Below are positions 19,721-29,484 of a stretch of DNA of 55,809 bases, piece by piece. The notes beneath the pieces are model-generated. The model saw nothing but the letters and a program-made list of their open reading frames with translations, ran no database searches and was not told the DNA's origin. This DNA comes from a virus. Its lineage: Duplodnaviria > Caudoviricetes. The translations under genes were made by a program, and so were the position numbers. Positions within the stretch are counted from its first letter, which is position 1; the number at the start of each line of letters is the position of its first letter. The stretch covers positions 1-55,809 of IMG/VR virus record IMGVR_UViG_3300003690_000041; one strand, written 5' to 3'.

Positions 19721-20092
19721 TTATGCCTTCTTTGTCCCCGGACGATACCTAGCTCTCCTTCTGCGCTTCAGGGTTTCTATTTCCCTTTCAAGGATTTCTT
19801 TGTCCCGCAACCCCTTTTGGCGCATGGCTTCTCTATTTTTCCTTGTTATATCTTTGGATTCTCCAGGACCTGGATAGGCTTCCAGTAATCTTCTCATCCG
19901 TTTATCGGCACCCGTACTATCTCCAGGAGCTATCAAATGACCCCACTTGCCTTTGGTTTTTCTGCCAAAGGTTTTGTGCAATTCCGTCCTGACGCCTTTG
20001 CGTCTTTTTGCGCGGGTCTTATCTCTTTTAGCTGTCTTAAACCTTCTGTTCCTCCTAACTTCTTCACTCAAAATTTCTTCACCCAAACCCAT
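19721..20092 (-). CDS. Basic hypothetical protein
   Basis: 123 aa, K/R-rich, AAGGAG RBS. Confidence 0.6.
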   Translation of the reverse strand: MGLGEEILSEEVRRNRRFKTAKRDKTRAKRRKGVRTELHKTFGRKTKGKWGHLIAPGDSTGADKRMRRLLEAYPGPGESKDITRKNREAMRQKGLRDKEILEREIETLKRRRRARYRPGTKKA

Positions 20093-20110
20093 TTGCTCTC
20101 TCCTTAGACA

Positions 20111-22180
20111 TTACTGACCTCCTCCTTCGCTACGCACAGCAGCCTCTCCCTGTCGTCCTGCCGTATTGGGACTTTGACTCAACTGCTGCGGATTGAGGCT
20201 CTGGTTGCCACCAAGGGGTCCGAAGTCACCGCCACCCGATAACGTCTTGAAAGCCTCTACGGTCTGCGCCAGTCTTAGGGGATCATCCATTACATCACGG
20301 ATATTCTGCTCAAACTCACTCTCCGAAGCAGGCAACAGGGTCTCCGGGTCTCTGATGTCAAAGCCTCTGCGTAACAGAAGCTCCAACGCCTTGACGATAT
20401 TGGGAGGGGGCATACCTAACTGGAGATGTGCCGGGATAGAGCCGACGAGAATATTGTATAGATCCAACCAGTTTTTTCGTTCAACGGCTTTCGCTTGCCT
20501 ACGGGGAGAGACTTCAATTCGAAACTGGTACTGGCCTTTGGCGACTTCTTCGGTGACTTCAGCAAATCGCCAAGTGCGTGGATCAATAAGAAACTGTCTC
20601 TCTGGGAGGAACTGCTGATGTAACTGCCAAAATTTCTCCGCTGTCTCAATTTGCATATGCTCAAAGCGTTGGACACGAGCATCCTCTCTGGCAGAGTTCC
20701 TCTTCTCTATGATGCTCGACTCCGTGGCTGTCTCTGCGGTGATGCTACTCTGTGGCTGTGGCGTCCCCGCCGTCCTGTCAAAGAAATTCATGATCTGACC
20801 GATGAAATTCTGTTTGTCACTTTGCACATCAAAGAAAGGAAGGGGGATGACAGGAGGACCCTGCTTGGTAGACAGACCAGGGACTCCATAAGCAGACTCT
20901 CCTGGTGCGTTGATCACCTGATCGAACTCGTCTTTACTCATCAGATCGCTGTCATACAACCACATATTCTTACTCTTACGCATCGTATATAGAGCAGAAT
21001 CAAAAAACTCGTTGACCAACTGCTGGATATTGTCAGCACCAGCCAATGCCAGGACAGGCTTGTTGAGCCATGTCTTCACGTTATCCTGGAATTTGAGCAT
21101 GACAGCAGGGTAGTCGTTCAAGAACTTATAAGGCCATTCCTCGTCGTGGCGTAGCAATTTATTATGCCCTTCCGCAATGGTGATCAGCAAATGCCTGTTC
21201 TTATTACCACTCACCGGGAAGTCCCGCGCCCATATCTCCCACCCTTCCAGCATAGCAAAGTCGTTGAAAGAGCTATTCTGCGCCTTCCTCCACTCTTTCT
21301 CTCCTATGTGTGACAGCCGATGTCGAGAGGCCAAGTCCCTCGTATTCTTGAAAGTAGGCTGTCTCTTCCACCAATACAAAGGAGCACGAATGCGGAAAGC
21401 AAGCCATCGCGCATCCCTCATACTCATACCTGCAAAAGGGTCCATCACGAAGTCATCGGGTGCCCACCGATTGCCAAAAGGAGCCTCCCACTTGATCCTC
21501 GTATCTACAGCGGGCTGCTCCATATCTGTCAATGCTTCGTGATGCCTGATATGCTCTTCGGTGATCTCTACTATCTCAGGGTGTAAGCTGGGGGTCTGCA
21601 ACAAGACCATATGTGCTTCGATATGTGCTTCGTGGTCCTGCCATACGGTAGGACGGGTAATCGTCCCGATCATAATAGCATTGTTTTCCATATCGGGGTC
21701 ATCAATGACGATAGTGCTCGCATCGGTGACAAAGAGGTCTCCCTGGTTCTCCACCACGGCATTCCAACCCAACTTCTTGATGGCATACGGAAGAAGGAAA
21801 GCATCCAGAGCCATCATATCGTCTTGCTCTATCTGCTTGGTATGGTCATACCAGTAGTTGGCCTGCCTCTGCACCACATCAGTACCATCCACACTGGCAG
21901 CATTTTCTGGCCCTACCATAAACTCCGGGTTCCTGTCCAGCATATTCGCCTTAGACTGGTCGACCCAAGCAAACACCATAGACCCTTTGACACGCTGCAC
22001 ATTGTCAGGACCCATATCCTCCAGGTCTTTCTCTCTCAACCCGTGGGGGATATTATTGTATAACTTGACGACACGAGCACCCGCTTTCATATATGGGTCT
22101 GCCCACTCCTGGGCAAGGGCTATCTGACCCCTCCAGAAAGATACCCTCTCTTCATCATTAGTAGGATAATGATCAAGCAT
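20111..22180 (-). CDS. Portal protein
   Basis: 689 aa directly after TerL; AETATESSI motif and size of podovirus-type portals. Confidence 0.8.
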   Translation of the reverse strand: MLDHYPTNDEERVSFWRGQIALAQEWADPYMKAGARVVKLYNNIPHGLREKDLEDMGPDNVQRVKGSMVFAWVDQSKANMLDRNPEFMVGPENAASVDGTDVVQRQANYWYDHTKQIEQDDMMALDAFLLPYAIKKLGWNAVVENQGDLFVTDASTIVIDDPDMENNAIMIGTITRPTVWQDHEAHIEAHMVLLQTPSLHPEIVEITEEHIRHHEALTDMEQPAVDTRIKWEAPFGNRWAPDDFVMDPFAGMSMRDARWLAFRIRAPLYWWKRQPTFKNTRDLASRHRLSHIGEKEWRKAQNSSFNDFAMLEGWEIWARDFPVSGNKNRHLLITIAEGHNKLLRHDEEWPYKFLNDYPAVMLKFQDNVKTWLNKPVLALAGADNIQQLVNEFFDSALYTMRKSKNMWLYDSDLMSKDEFDQVINAPGESAYGVPGLSTKQGPPVIPLPFFDVQSDKQNFIGQIMNFFDRTAGTPQPQSSITAETATESSIIEKRNSAREDARVQRFEHMQIETAEKFWQLHQQFLPERQFLIDPRTWRFAEVTEEVAKGQYQFRIEVSPRRQAKAVERKNWLDLYNILVGSIPAHLQLGMPPPNIVKALELLLRRGFDIRDPETLLPASESEFEQNIRDVMDDPLRLAQTVEAFKTLSGGGDFGPLGGNQSLNPQQLSQSPNTAGRQGEAAVRSEGGGQ

Positions 22181-23729
22181 CCTCTAACTCCTGTAAATGC
22201 TGGTCCACATCAACAATCATATCCTCGACAACAGGGACATAATAGGCTCTTCGCGGGTTCAATCCTGGGTTCATAATCCTCTTCCTGATATCTCCCATCG
22301 TCATCACCTGACCCCTGACGGGGTGTGCAAACCTGTTCGGTGCCACAGCACCCATCGCATAATATCTGGTGTCGTCGCACGGGTGGTCCTCCTGCCGTGT
22401 GTTCATATCTTCTTTGGGATTGTCCTCGTCACCGTCAAAGACGGCATTCATCATACAACGCTCGAAATTCAAACACTCAGGGCTGTAATACATATGAGGA
22501 TGGCGCACCATATCGCCATCACCATTCTTCCTATACGCCAGGAGGTCTTTCAAAAACCTCCACCCCGCCAGCCTGTTCTTATTAGCCATTTCCAGACGAA
22601 GGCCCGCTTCCCTACGGAACACATCACTGGTCATCCTGTCCATAGGGTTGCCACCAGCCTCTGCCCGCGTATAGAAGATAGACGTATCAGCAAATACCCT
22701 CTCCGGCTTCCTACCACGCGTGACAGGGTGGTTCTCTACCATATCCCTGATCCTACCAGCATATTCACTGAGCCACAACCCCTTGCCATACCATTCCCCA
22801 ATCCTATAGCTCACATTCCTGCCCTCATGCTCCCCAAAGCCCCACAGCCCGAAGCTGGTATAGTCGTTCTCCCCGTAATCCAGGCTACCGTAAAGTTTCC
22901 AGTCGTCTGGCAACACCCCGCGATCAAACATCTCCCCATAGTCTTTACAATGAATCTTCGGATCAAACAAGGGAAAAAACTTCCCAAAGAAGACATTGAA
23001 GTTGCCATACAGCCACGCCTGCTCCAATTGCTCGTTACCCTCACAAGCCTCCCGCACAGTCCCAGGATACCCCGGATTGGCCTCCAACAACTTCTTGTTC
23101 TCCCACAAAGTGCTCCTCAGAAACATACGCGTGCGCACAGTCCCCATATCAGGATCTTTGATCTTTATGATCTCACCACCAGGATGGGCAGGATCATCAG
23201 GGATCTTGAAATAATCCTTTATCCATGCCAACCCAGCACCACCAGGATTTCCCGTGCTCCTAATACGCAATGGAACACCCTTTGCCCCCGTCCTATTCGT
23301 AGCCTTCATCCTCTTATAAGGACCCCCAGAAGGCCAATGCGGAAGCTCGTCATATCCAATCCACGCATAAGAAAGACCCAGATGCTTCTCCGCATCGCTG
23401 TCCATAGCCATATGAAAAAACTCAAGTTGAGCACCACCAGCAAAACGCCACCGCGCAGGAGGACCTTCCCGGAAATCACTGTTAGGCCACATCGTCAGAA
23501 ACAACTCCTTGCTCCTATCAATCAATTCCCTAAACTGACTAAACGTCCTCCTAAACAACACTCCCTTCCAAGCCTTACCATGCTCCACCACGTCAGCAGC
23601 GAAATCCATCAATAACCAGTCACTCTTACCACCACCACGATTACCACCACCAAACAACTCGTCAACCACATAACGAGCATCCAACGCATCCACCTGAAAC
23701 CCATCCTGTGGCTCCCACTGATCAGCCAT
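22173..23729 (-). CDS. terL: Terminase large subunit
   Basis: Walker A GGNRGGGKS, Walker B WIGYDE, coupling motif STGNPGG, nuclease SLDYG and EDHPCDDTRY. Confidence 0.93.
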   Translation of the reverse strand: MADQWEPQDGFQVDALDARYVVDELFGGGNRGGGKSDWLLMDFAADVVEHGKAWKGVLFRRTFSQFRELIDRSKELFLTMWPNSDFREGPPARWRFAGGAQLEFFHMAMDSDAEKHLGLSYAWIGYDELPHWPSGGPYKRMKATNRTGAKGVPLRIRSTGNPGGAGLAWIKDYFKIPDDPAHPGGEIIKIKDPDMGTVRTRMFLRSTLWENKKLLEANPGYPGTVREACEGNEQLEQAWLYGNFNVFFGKFFPLFDPKIHCKDYGEMFDRGVLPDDWKLYGSLDYGENDYTSFGLWGFGEHEGRNVSYRIGEWYGKGLWLSEYAGRIRDMVENHPVTRGRKPERVFADTSIFYTRAEAGGNPMDRMTSDVFRREAGLRLEMANKNRLAGWRFLKDLLAYRKNGDGDMVRHPHMYYSPECLNFERCMMNAVFDGDEDNPKEDMNTRQEDHPCDDTRYYAMGAVAPNRFAHPVRGQVMTMGDIRKRIMNPGLNPRRAYYVPVVEDMIVDVDQHLQELEDA

Positions 23730-24403
23730 TACTTCTTACCCCCAAACATATCCTCGGCTATCTTATGCGGATCAGGCTGCACAGCCTTTGATACCTTACT
23801 TTTGGTCATATCTTCAGCAGCACGCACATCCCCTAACTTACCCATCCTATCACCCCTCTGAACCCTCGCCTGCTCAAAATCCTTTGGACCCAATCCCTCC
23901 AACTGCGTCTTCCAATTTGCCAAATCTTTCTTCAACTTAGATATATCCCCCGCGTCCATCTCCACCAACCTACTTTTGCCAGTGAAAAATTCACGCCAAC
24001 TACGCGCACTAAATGTCTCCCCACGGGACCTAATCAACCCGTCCAACTCCGCCTCCAATATCGTTATATCAGCACGATCCGAAGCCCTATTCCCCCCGGG
24101 CCACCTATGGTGCACCTCCTCCTCAAAACCACGTAACCGATCCAAACTCTTATTCGGACGAATAGCCGCCCTCGCAGTATTTCTCTGCCTCACACCCTTA
24201 TCCAATATACCCTTAGCCACCCTATCAAAACCCTTGCCAAACACACCCAACGGTCCACCCAATCCAGGGTCCACCATACCCTCACCACCACCAAACACCA
24301 CATCTCCAAAAACACCACCAACAGTATCACCCAACAAACCAACACTCAACTCACGCATACCCTTACTAAAAGCATCCGTCATACGAGTATCCAAGACAGG
24401 CAT
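23729..24403 (-). CDS. Hypothetical protein
   Basis: 224 aa, stop coupled to the TerL start. Confidence 0.65.
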   Translation of the reverse strand: MPVLDTRMTDAFSKGMRELSVGLLGDTVGGVFGDVVFGGGEGMVDPGLGGPLGVFGKGFDRVAKGILDKGVRQRNTARAAIRPNKSLDRLRGFEEEVHHRWPGGNRASDRADITILEAELDGLIRSRGETFSARSWREFFTGKSRLVEMDAGDISKLKKDLANWKTQLEGLGPKDFEQARVQRGDRMGKLGDVRAAEDMTKSKVSKAVQPDPHKIAEDMFGGKK

Positions 24404-24406
24404 ATC

Positions 24407-24961
24407 CTAACTCCCATAAACAGGATACAAATATGGCATCAAATCACAAAACAAACGCAACTTACTCTTATGCAACTTCCAAGCAGGAGGAGGAGAACCC
24501 ACATATTCAGACTCTTCCCTAAACTCCTTACCAGGAACCCACCCATATGCCACCATAGTCCGAACAGTAGAACGCATATCCTTCCTGTCCACACGAATAG
24601 GAACCTCACCCTGATGAACCAATACATACACATCAGGAGTCGACCGATGCTTCGCATTTACATACAAATCCGTCCACCGACTCAAACTCGTCTTCACCTC
24701 AACAGTCTTAGGCAATCCCAATATATCCGTCCCACTATCCCTACTAACATATATCTCCCTGTCAATCTTACCACCAGTCAAATATGCAACCATAGACTCA
24801 CCCAACAAACCCACATAATGATTCACCCAACCCATATTAGCAAACTTTATACTCCTCTCCTGATACGACCGCTTACCAACATTCTGCTTACGTGCCAAAT
24901 CTTCCAAAAAATCACACTCTACCTCATCCAACAAAACAACATTAGAACATAACTTCTTCAT
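24407..24961 (-). CDS. Hypothetical protein, possible PD-(D/E)XK-like fold
   Basis: GLLGE...D.GTD...VEVKT motif; GGAGGG RBS before ATG 24961. Confidence 0.55.
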   Translation of the reverse strand: MKKLCSNVVLLDEVECDFLEDLARKQNVGKRSYQERSIKFANMGWVNHYVGLLGESMVAYLTGGKIDREIYVSRDSGTDILGLPKTVEVKTSLSRWTDLYVNAKHRSTPDVYVLVHQGEVPIRVDRKDMRSTVRTMVAYGWVPGKEFREESEYVGSPPPAWKLHKSKLRLFCDLMPYLYPVYGS

Positions 24962-25300
24962 CAAACCCTCCCGAAGACTATACGACACATCAAACAGAGA
25001 AAACGGTAACAGTTCGGTAACAGCTTGAGACCTCAATTGGGTGGGATAGTACCCCCAATGACGCAACCAACATAATAACCATTACAATAGAAAAAACCAA
25101 ATAATTAAAAAATTCCGGGGGGAGTAAGTACCAATGGGAATCGCGACCGCCGGGGGTGCCTACCCCCTCTGGGGTGTGTCGCTGGCGTGGTGGAACGAAA
25201 TGATAGTGATCTCCTGTGGTATTTGCCATGTGTGTACTGTATGGGTTTGCCCATAGAACATGCCAGAACATGTTCTGGCTATTGGACCAAAAGAAAGGCA

Positions 25301-25331
25301 TTGACAAAGGAAAACAATTTCTTTTTATTAT
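25301..25331 (+). promoter_or_regulatory. Sigma70-type promoter for the isolated plus-strand gene
   Basis: TTGACA at 25301 with an AT-rich -10 region (TTTATT/TATTAT). Confidence 0.55.
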
Positions 25332-25396
25332 ACCTTAGTTGGATTGTTCTTTCTCAATTAAATAGGGTTTTTGGTTAACAAGACAAGGAGTAACGC

Positions 25397-26200
25397 ATGT
25401 CAATGTTAATCGAATCCATCCAGAGTGTAGTTGATTTTTGGAACACAAGCCCGGATAAGGCAAAGCAAACGGCTTTCGGAAAGTTGATCTTTGATACCTA
25501 TTTTGGGAGCGTCAAGATGGGTATGGCGTACGCTGGCATTTTTCTTCTTTTGGCTGTTAGGTCTAATAAAGCTAAAGGCGAAAACATCACAGCGTACGCC
25601 TCCGAAGTAGGTTTCTCTGACCTTGCACCAAACACAATACAAGATGCCTATAAAATTGCCCGTGACAATTTTAACATACTGGGCGATTATGAAAAGGTTT
25701 CCCTTGTAATGAGCAAAGACATTGTGCTTGCAAAGTTTTTTGGTGCAAGATTTTCTCCTAAGAGTCAAAAACTTTTCGTACCTAAGTCCAAGGGCGATAA
25801 GGCGAAATACTTGACTAAAAAGGGAGCCTTGAACACCAAGGGACTAGAGATAATGAGAGATGCTTATCTGAACAAGGTCAATGAAAAACTGGATGGGAAA
25901 GGGACACAACGGTCTCAAAAGAGTACGCAGCGTTATCTTAACTCTTTTGGACCTAAGAAAGGTGGTTCCAGGGGTCCTGATTCAACAAAGAACCAAAACA
26001 AGAAAAAAGATCCTTCCCTTGATGCGTTTCAACATGTGGCTGAAGCAATCGCTCAATTAGACAAAATGGACACACTGGACGAAGATGAAACATCTAGCCT
26101 TGTGCAATCCATTGAAACATTGTGTGATATCGTTTGTGAATGTGCCGATCCTGTTGTAAAACGTACCGAATTACTGAAAAGATTAAAACAGGCTAGCTAG
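25397..26200 (+). CDS. Stand-alone hypothetical protein (own promoter and terminator)
   Basis: 267 aa, AAGGAG RBS, opposite strand to its neighbours. Confidence 0.8.
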   Translation: MSMLIESIQSVVDFWNTSPDKAKQTAFGKLIFDTYFGSVKMGMAYAGIFLLLAVRSNKAKGENITAYASEVGFSDLAPNTIQDAYKIARDNFNILGDYEKVSLVMSKDIVLAKFFGARFSPKSQKLFVPKSKGDKAKYLTKKGALNTKGLEIMRDAYLNKVNEKLDGKGTQRSQKSTQRYLNSFGPKKGGSRGPDSTKNQNKKKDPSLDAFQHVAEAIAQLDKMDTLDEDETSSLVQSIETLCDIVCECADPVVKRTELLKRLKQAS

Positions 26201-26238
26201 TTCAGCAGTTAACCGGTTAACCGAACCCTATTTAATTT

Positions 26239-26271
26239 AAAAACCCCTCTCAAATTGAGAGGGGTTTTTTT
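26239..26271 (+). terminator. Intrinsic terminator (possibly bidirectional)
   Basis: AAAAACCCCTCTCAA-A-TTGAGAGGGGTTTTTTT. Confidence 0.88.
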
Positions 26272-26619
26272 GTGCCTATTCCACAAGCTCACCTAATACA
26301 AGCGTATTTACAGAACATGTTCTGTATGAAGTCTCAACCCCGTGATTTTTGATAGATTGCATCATATATTCCACTTTTTTGGTCAATAACGTCACACTAC
26401 TATTAGACAAACTATCTATTCCGTGTCACTATCGGCTACTATCGGACCAATATCGGCATATCCCCACTTTTTGACCCACAAAAGCACACAGCCAAAATCT
26501 ACAAACCGTGTGCTTAATTGTGTTATCTGTGTGCGATCGTTCTACTATCGTGTTGTGTGTGTGCATCGGTTTTCATTGTGTATTCGGTTAATTATATGGC
26601 TACACAGCTATGCTGTCGC

Positions 26620-27258
26620 TTATTGTGGTGTGTGTGTATTTGCTATTGAGAGGGGATATTGTTTCTTTACAGGTAGTTGTGTTATTATGTGATCGGGAGT
26701 ATAGGGGGTTTCATCTGGTGTTTGTATGGGTGTATCAGTGTCTTGAATCGCACCTGTAGGGCGGGTCTCAGAGGAGTGTTGGCTGTCTTCTTGTTCTGTA
26801 AATTCTGCTTCTGTGGCTTGTTGTTGTAGTTGGTTTCTCTCCAGTCTACGCTCCAGCCATTTCTTATAGTTCTTGGGTGCTTGTGGAGGTAGTTGAGGTG
26901 GTTTGAGTTCGATTTCCTGTGTGATAAGTTGTTTCTGACCAAAGGCTTGATTTCGTGTTCTTTCGAGTATCCAAGACTTGGCTTGCCATCCTTTGTCTCC
27001 GTCTCTGATCTCGTTTACCAGTTTGATCTCACCTATTGCTTTTGCTTCTTCTACTCTATCTTTGAAGTTGGTGTATTTGGTTTTCTCTCCGGAGGAGTAG
27101 TCTTCTTCTGCTTTGCGTAGCCAGTGGTAATATGTGTGTTCACGGATACCGCCAGCGAGACACGCTGTCTTGATATAGTGTCCTTTCTCTATTACAGAGC
27201 ATATGCGTCCGAGCATCGTCTGTGTAATGGTTATTTTACCGTGTGTTATGGAGGGCAT
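26620..27258 (-). CDS. terS: Putative terminase small subunit (HTH)
   Basis: IKTACLAGGIREHTYYHWL HTH and WQAKSWILER motif; upstream of the TerL operon. Confidence 0.65.
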   Translation of the reverse strand: MPSITHGKITITQTMLGRICSVIEKGHYIKTACLAGGIREHTYYHWLRKAEEDYSSGEKTKYTNFKDRVEEAKAIGEIKLVNEIRDGDKGWQAKSWILERTRNQAFGQKQLITQEIELKPPQLPPQAPKNYKKWLERRLERNQLQQQATEAEFTEQEDSQHSSETRPTGAIQDTDTPIQTPDETPYTPDHIITQLPVKKQYPLSIANTHTPQ

Positions 27259-27640
27259 GTCCTTGCCTTTTGGAAAGGGCTTCAAGGTATGCGAACAAGG
27301 CTGGAACAGCAGGCGTATGCGCATCGGCACACACGCACCGTTTAGTTACATACCCGCACGCCTTACATATGGCAGACGTATGCGCATCGACTGGCTTCTG
27401 CCAGACATCTATTGCTTCTCGCAAGGATCGGTGTTGTTTCTTGTAGGGAAACGAAGAAAGCCCTTCTTTATTGGAATGGGCTTCAAGGTAGTCGAGTCTG
27501 TCTGAGTCTTTAAGGGCTTCTGCCAGCCTTCGTTGCAAAGTTTGGCGCTCTGTCTCCAGACGAATGATGTCGTTGACATATACATCTATCTCCTCTACTA
27601 AGTCCAACTCAAGTTGGGGTTTATTGGTACGTGTCTTCAT
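27236..27640 (-). CDS. Hypothetical protein
   Basis: AGGAG RBS before ATG 27640; coiled coil and Cys motifs. Confidence 0.55.
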   Translation of the reverse strand: MKTRTNKPQLELDLVEEIDVYVNDIIRLETERQTLQRRLAEALKDSDRLDYLEAHSNKEGLSSFPYKKQHRSLREAIDVWQKPVDAHTSAICKACGYVTKRCVCADAHTPAVPALFAYLEALSKRQGHALHNTR

Positions 27641-27667
27641 ACTGCCTGATCTCCTAGGGAGACTTGT

Positions 27668-27777
27668 AATATACAAAAGTCTGTAAATGCGTCAATCTAT
27701 CACAAAACTATCACAAAACTATCACAAAACTATCACATAGACGTATAAACGATAAGGAGGTTAAGCAAAAATGTCAA
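27668..27777 (-). promoter_or_regulatory. Two leftward sigma70-like promoters
   Basis: TTGACA-17-TATCGT (27777-27749) and TTGACG-16-TATATT (27695-27668). Confidence 0.55.
27697..27737. repeat. 11-bp tandem repeat CTATCACAAAA x3.7
   Basis: Seen directly; intergenic. Confidence 0.92.
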
Positions 27778-27802
27778 CGGCTTTCTGACTGCCTTTGCAC
27801 AC

Positions 27803-28123
27803 CTACCCAGTCCTGCCTCGTTTCAACCCTGATTTTTCCCCACCTGCTACGACTGCAAGTATCTTGTTTTGCGCTTGCGCCAGTTCATATCTGATATTCT
27901 TTGGAACCCTATTCCACCTCTCGGCAACGAGAACAATACGTTCAGCTACACGGTCAGCCCTCTCGCCGACAGGCATGAAACTCCACGCATTGCCCATCGG
28001 ATCACCAGAGAGGGCGTGTATCCGCGCATCCAGAGCAGGAGTAGACATCTTTGGAAGCGCACCGAATTCTTCTACCCGTTTGTCTATCATCTCAACAAAA
28101 CCCATCACCATCTCTCCTTTCAA
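27803..28123 (-). CDS. Hypothetical protein (start may be 28108)
   Basis: AAGGAG RBS. Confidence 0.55.
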   Translation of the reverse strand: MKGEMVMGFVEMIDKRVEEFGALPKMSTPALDARIHALSGDPMGNAWSFMPVGERADRVAERIVLVAERWNRVPKNIRYELAQAQNKILAVVAGGEKSGLKRGRTG

Positions 28124-28135
28124 TTAATTCAGGCA

Positions 28136-28465
28136 TCACGCCTCCACAAGGATAACAGGTGCATCATAGTCTGCGGGCATCTGTGTCTCTATGACGGGGA
28201 TGCCCTTGTAGACAACCTTACTGAACGTAGGTCGGTCTTCTACCTCTTCTGCCGGATATTCTTCGGGATGATCCTCTTCGCTCGTCTGAGGGGACGTGAG
28301 AGCCGTGTAGACCCTATACGCTGGTGGCACCAGTTCAATGACAGCTATCTTCTTGCCCTCCTGCTCCGCCAACTGCACCTCACGGCGCACCCAAGTGATG
28401 ATCGGTGTATCCTTGACGAAAGGCCACTCGTAATCTGTGAATGTGTTGCCATTATGTATGTTCAT
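28136..28465 (-). CDS. Hypothetical protein
   Basis: AGGAGG RBS, 109 aa. Confidence 0.65.
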   Translation of the reverse strand: MNIHNGNTFTDYEWPFVKDTPIITWVRREVQLAEQEGKKIAVIELVPPAYRVYTALTSPQTSEEDHPEEYPAEEVEDRPTFSKVVYKGIPVIETQMPADYDAPVILVEA

Positions 28466-28569
28466 ACAACCTCCTATGTTATGGTGATACCTAGGGGACC
28501 CCTAACTTTCCGGTAGGTATCACCACGCTGTATCACGTTAATTTACAGTAGTTTAAGGAAAAAAAAGAC

Positions 28570-28598
28570 TTGACAAAAGTGTAATATTTTGTTATATT
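28570..28598 (+). promoter_or_regulatory. Strong early promoter
   Basis: A-tract, TTGACA-17-TATATT with extended -10 TG. Confidence 0.8.
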
Positions 28599-28602
28599 AT
28601 GG

Positions 28603-29465
28603 TAGTTCAGGAATTTCACTCAATTAGCCCTGAACTATTTTACTACTTAATTGAGCCTCTCAATCAAGTTCGGTGACTGGAGTGTTATTCCAGAACATGT
28701 TCTGAGCGAGAAAATAATCAAAGGTTTTCTTCTGGTCTTCTCCTGACAATGAAGATCAAGCCTCTCCCTGCCTGAACAGGGAAGAGGCTGACAGGGATAG
28801 TCACAAGGGATGTTCACCCATCACCCTGTGATACCCATCACCTAATGAGATGCTTGGTGGCAGGAAGCCAGCAACGGGTGCATTACCTCTGCATATGTGG
28901 CTGTGAGACAACCAAACCGTGACGATGACACCATCTCTAACCCCTCGCCCAAGATGGCTATGGCGAAAAAAGGGCTTGAAAAGCCCAGAGGCGACGATGG
29001 ATAGCACAGGGTTCAATCCACAGTGAGCGCAACCTCAACATATATCAGAGCAGGATGCAAGGCATTAGTATGAGATGCCATACGACCTCCCTTTATGGGA
29101 GCCGACCTGAAGCAACCAAAATGGAGAGTGCCAATAATGGGCACGATCTCTCGCTTAACACGACAGGAGCCGCAAATCCCGTCCATCTCTCCTTCTGACA
29201 ACAGACCTATCGGGGCAACGGATGCGACTAGCAACCGCAATAACCAACTGGTCCCAGAACATGTTCTGATGGCAAAGGAAGAGAGGATGCGGAGCAGGCC
29301 CAACCCAGTGAGATGAGCGAGCATAGTGAATCCTAATCTCGACCCGTTCAATCGGGGGTGTGGAAACGTCGAAATGCCCCACAAGTCAGCACCTTCTTGT
29401 GGTGTGGGGTGTTGAAACAGGGACTCCTTCAGAACTTGTTCTGATCCCTGTGGACTAACGCTGAT
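28603..29465 (+). ncRNA. Candidate large structured non-coding RNA or leader
   Basis: About 860 nt without a convincing RBS-led ORF; many hairpins, e.g. AGCCTCTCCCTG/CAGGGAAGAGGCT and GGGCTT-GAAA-AGCCC. Confidence 0.45.
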
Positions 29466-29484
29466 AAAAAACAAGGAGATTCAC

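Noticed and set aside
966-23233. Diversity-generating retroelement template/variable repeat pair
   Set aside because: Only 58 nt, mismatches are not confined to adenines, and no reverse transcriptase is present.
22197-23615. Long plus-strand ORFs opposite structural genes (also 5365-6474, 52877-53572 and others)
   Set aside because: Antisense shadows caused by codon bias and repeats of well-supported minus-strand genes.
25264-25277. Palindrome as a Gram-positive-type LexA (SOS) box
   Set aside because: That box is GAAC-N4-GTTC; this motif has a 2-nt spacer.
28811-28850. Further guide-like unit ACCCA-N8-TGATACCCA-N8-TGAG
   Set aside because: Spacers are 8 nt and the segment also fits local hairpins; too ambiguous to call.
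29000-29030. tRNA gene suggested by GGTTCAATCC
   Set aside because: I could not build a cloverleaf around it.
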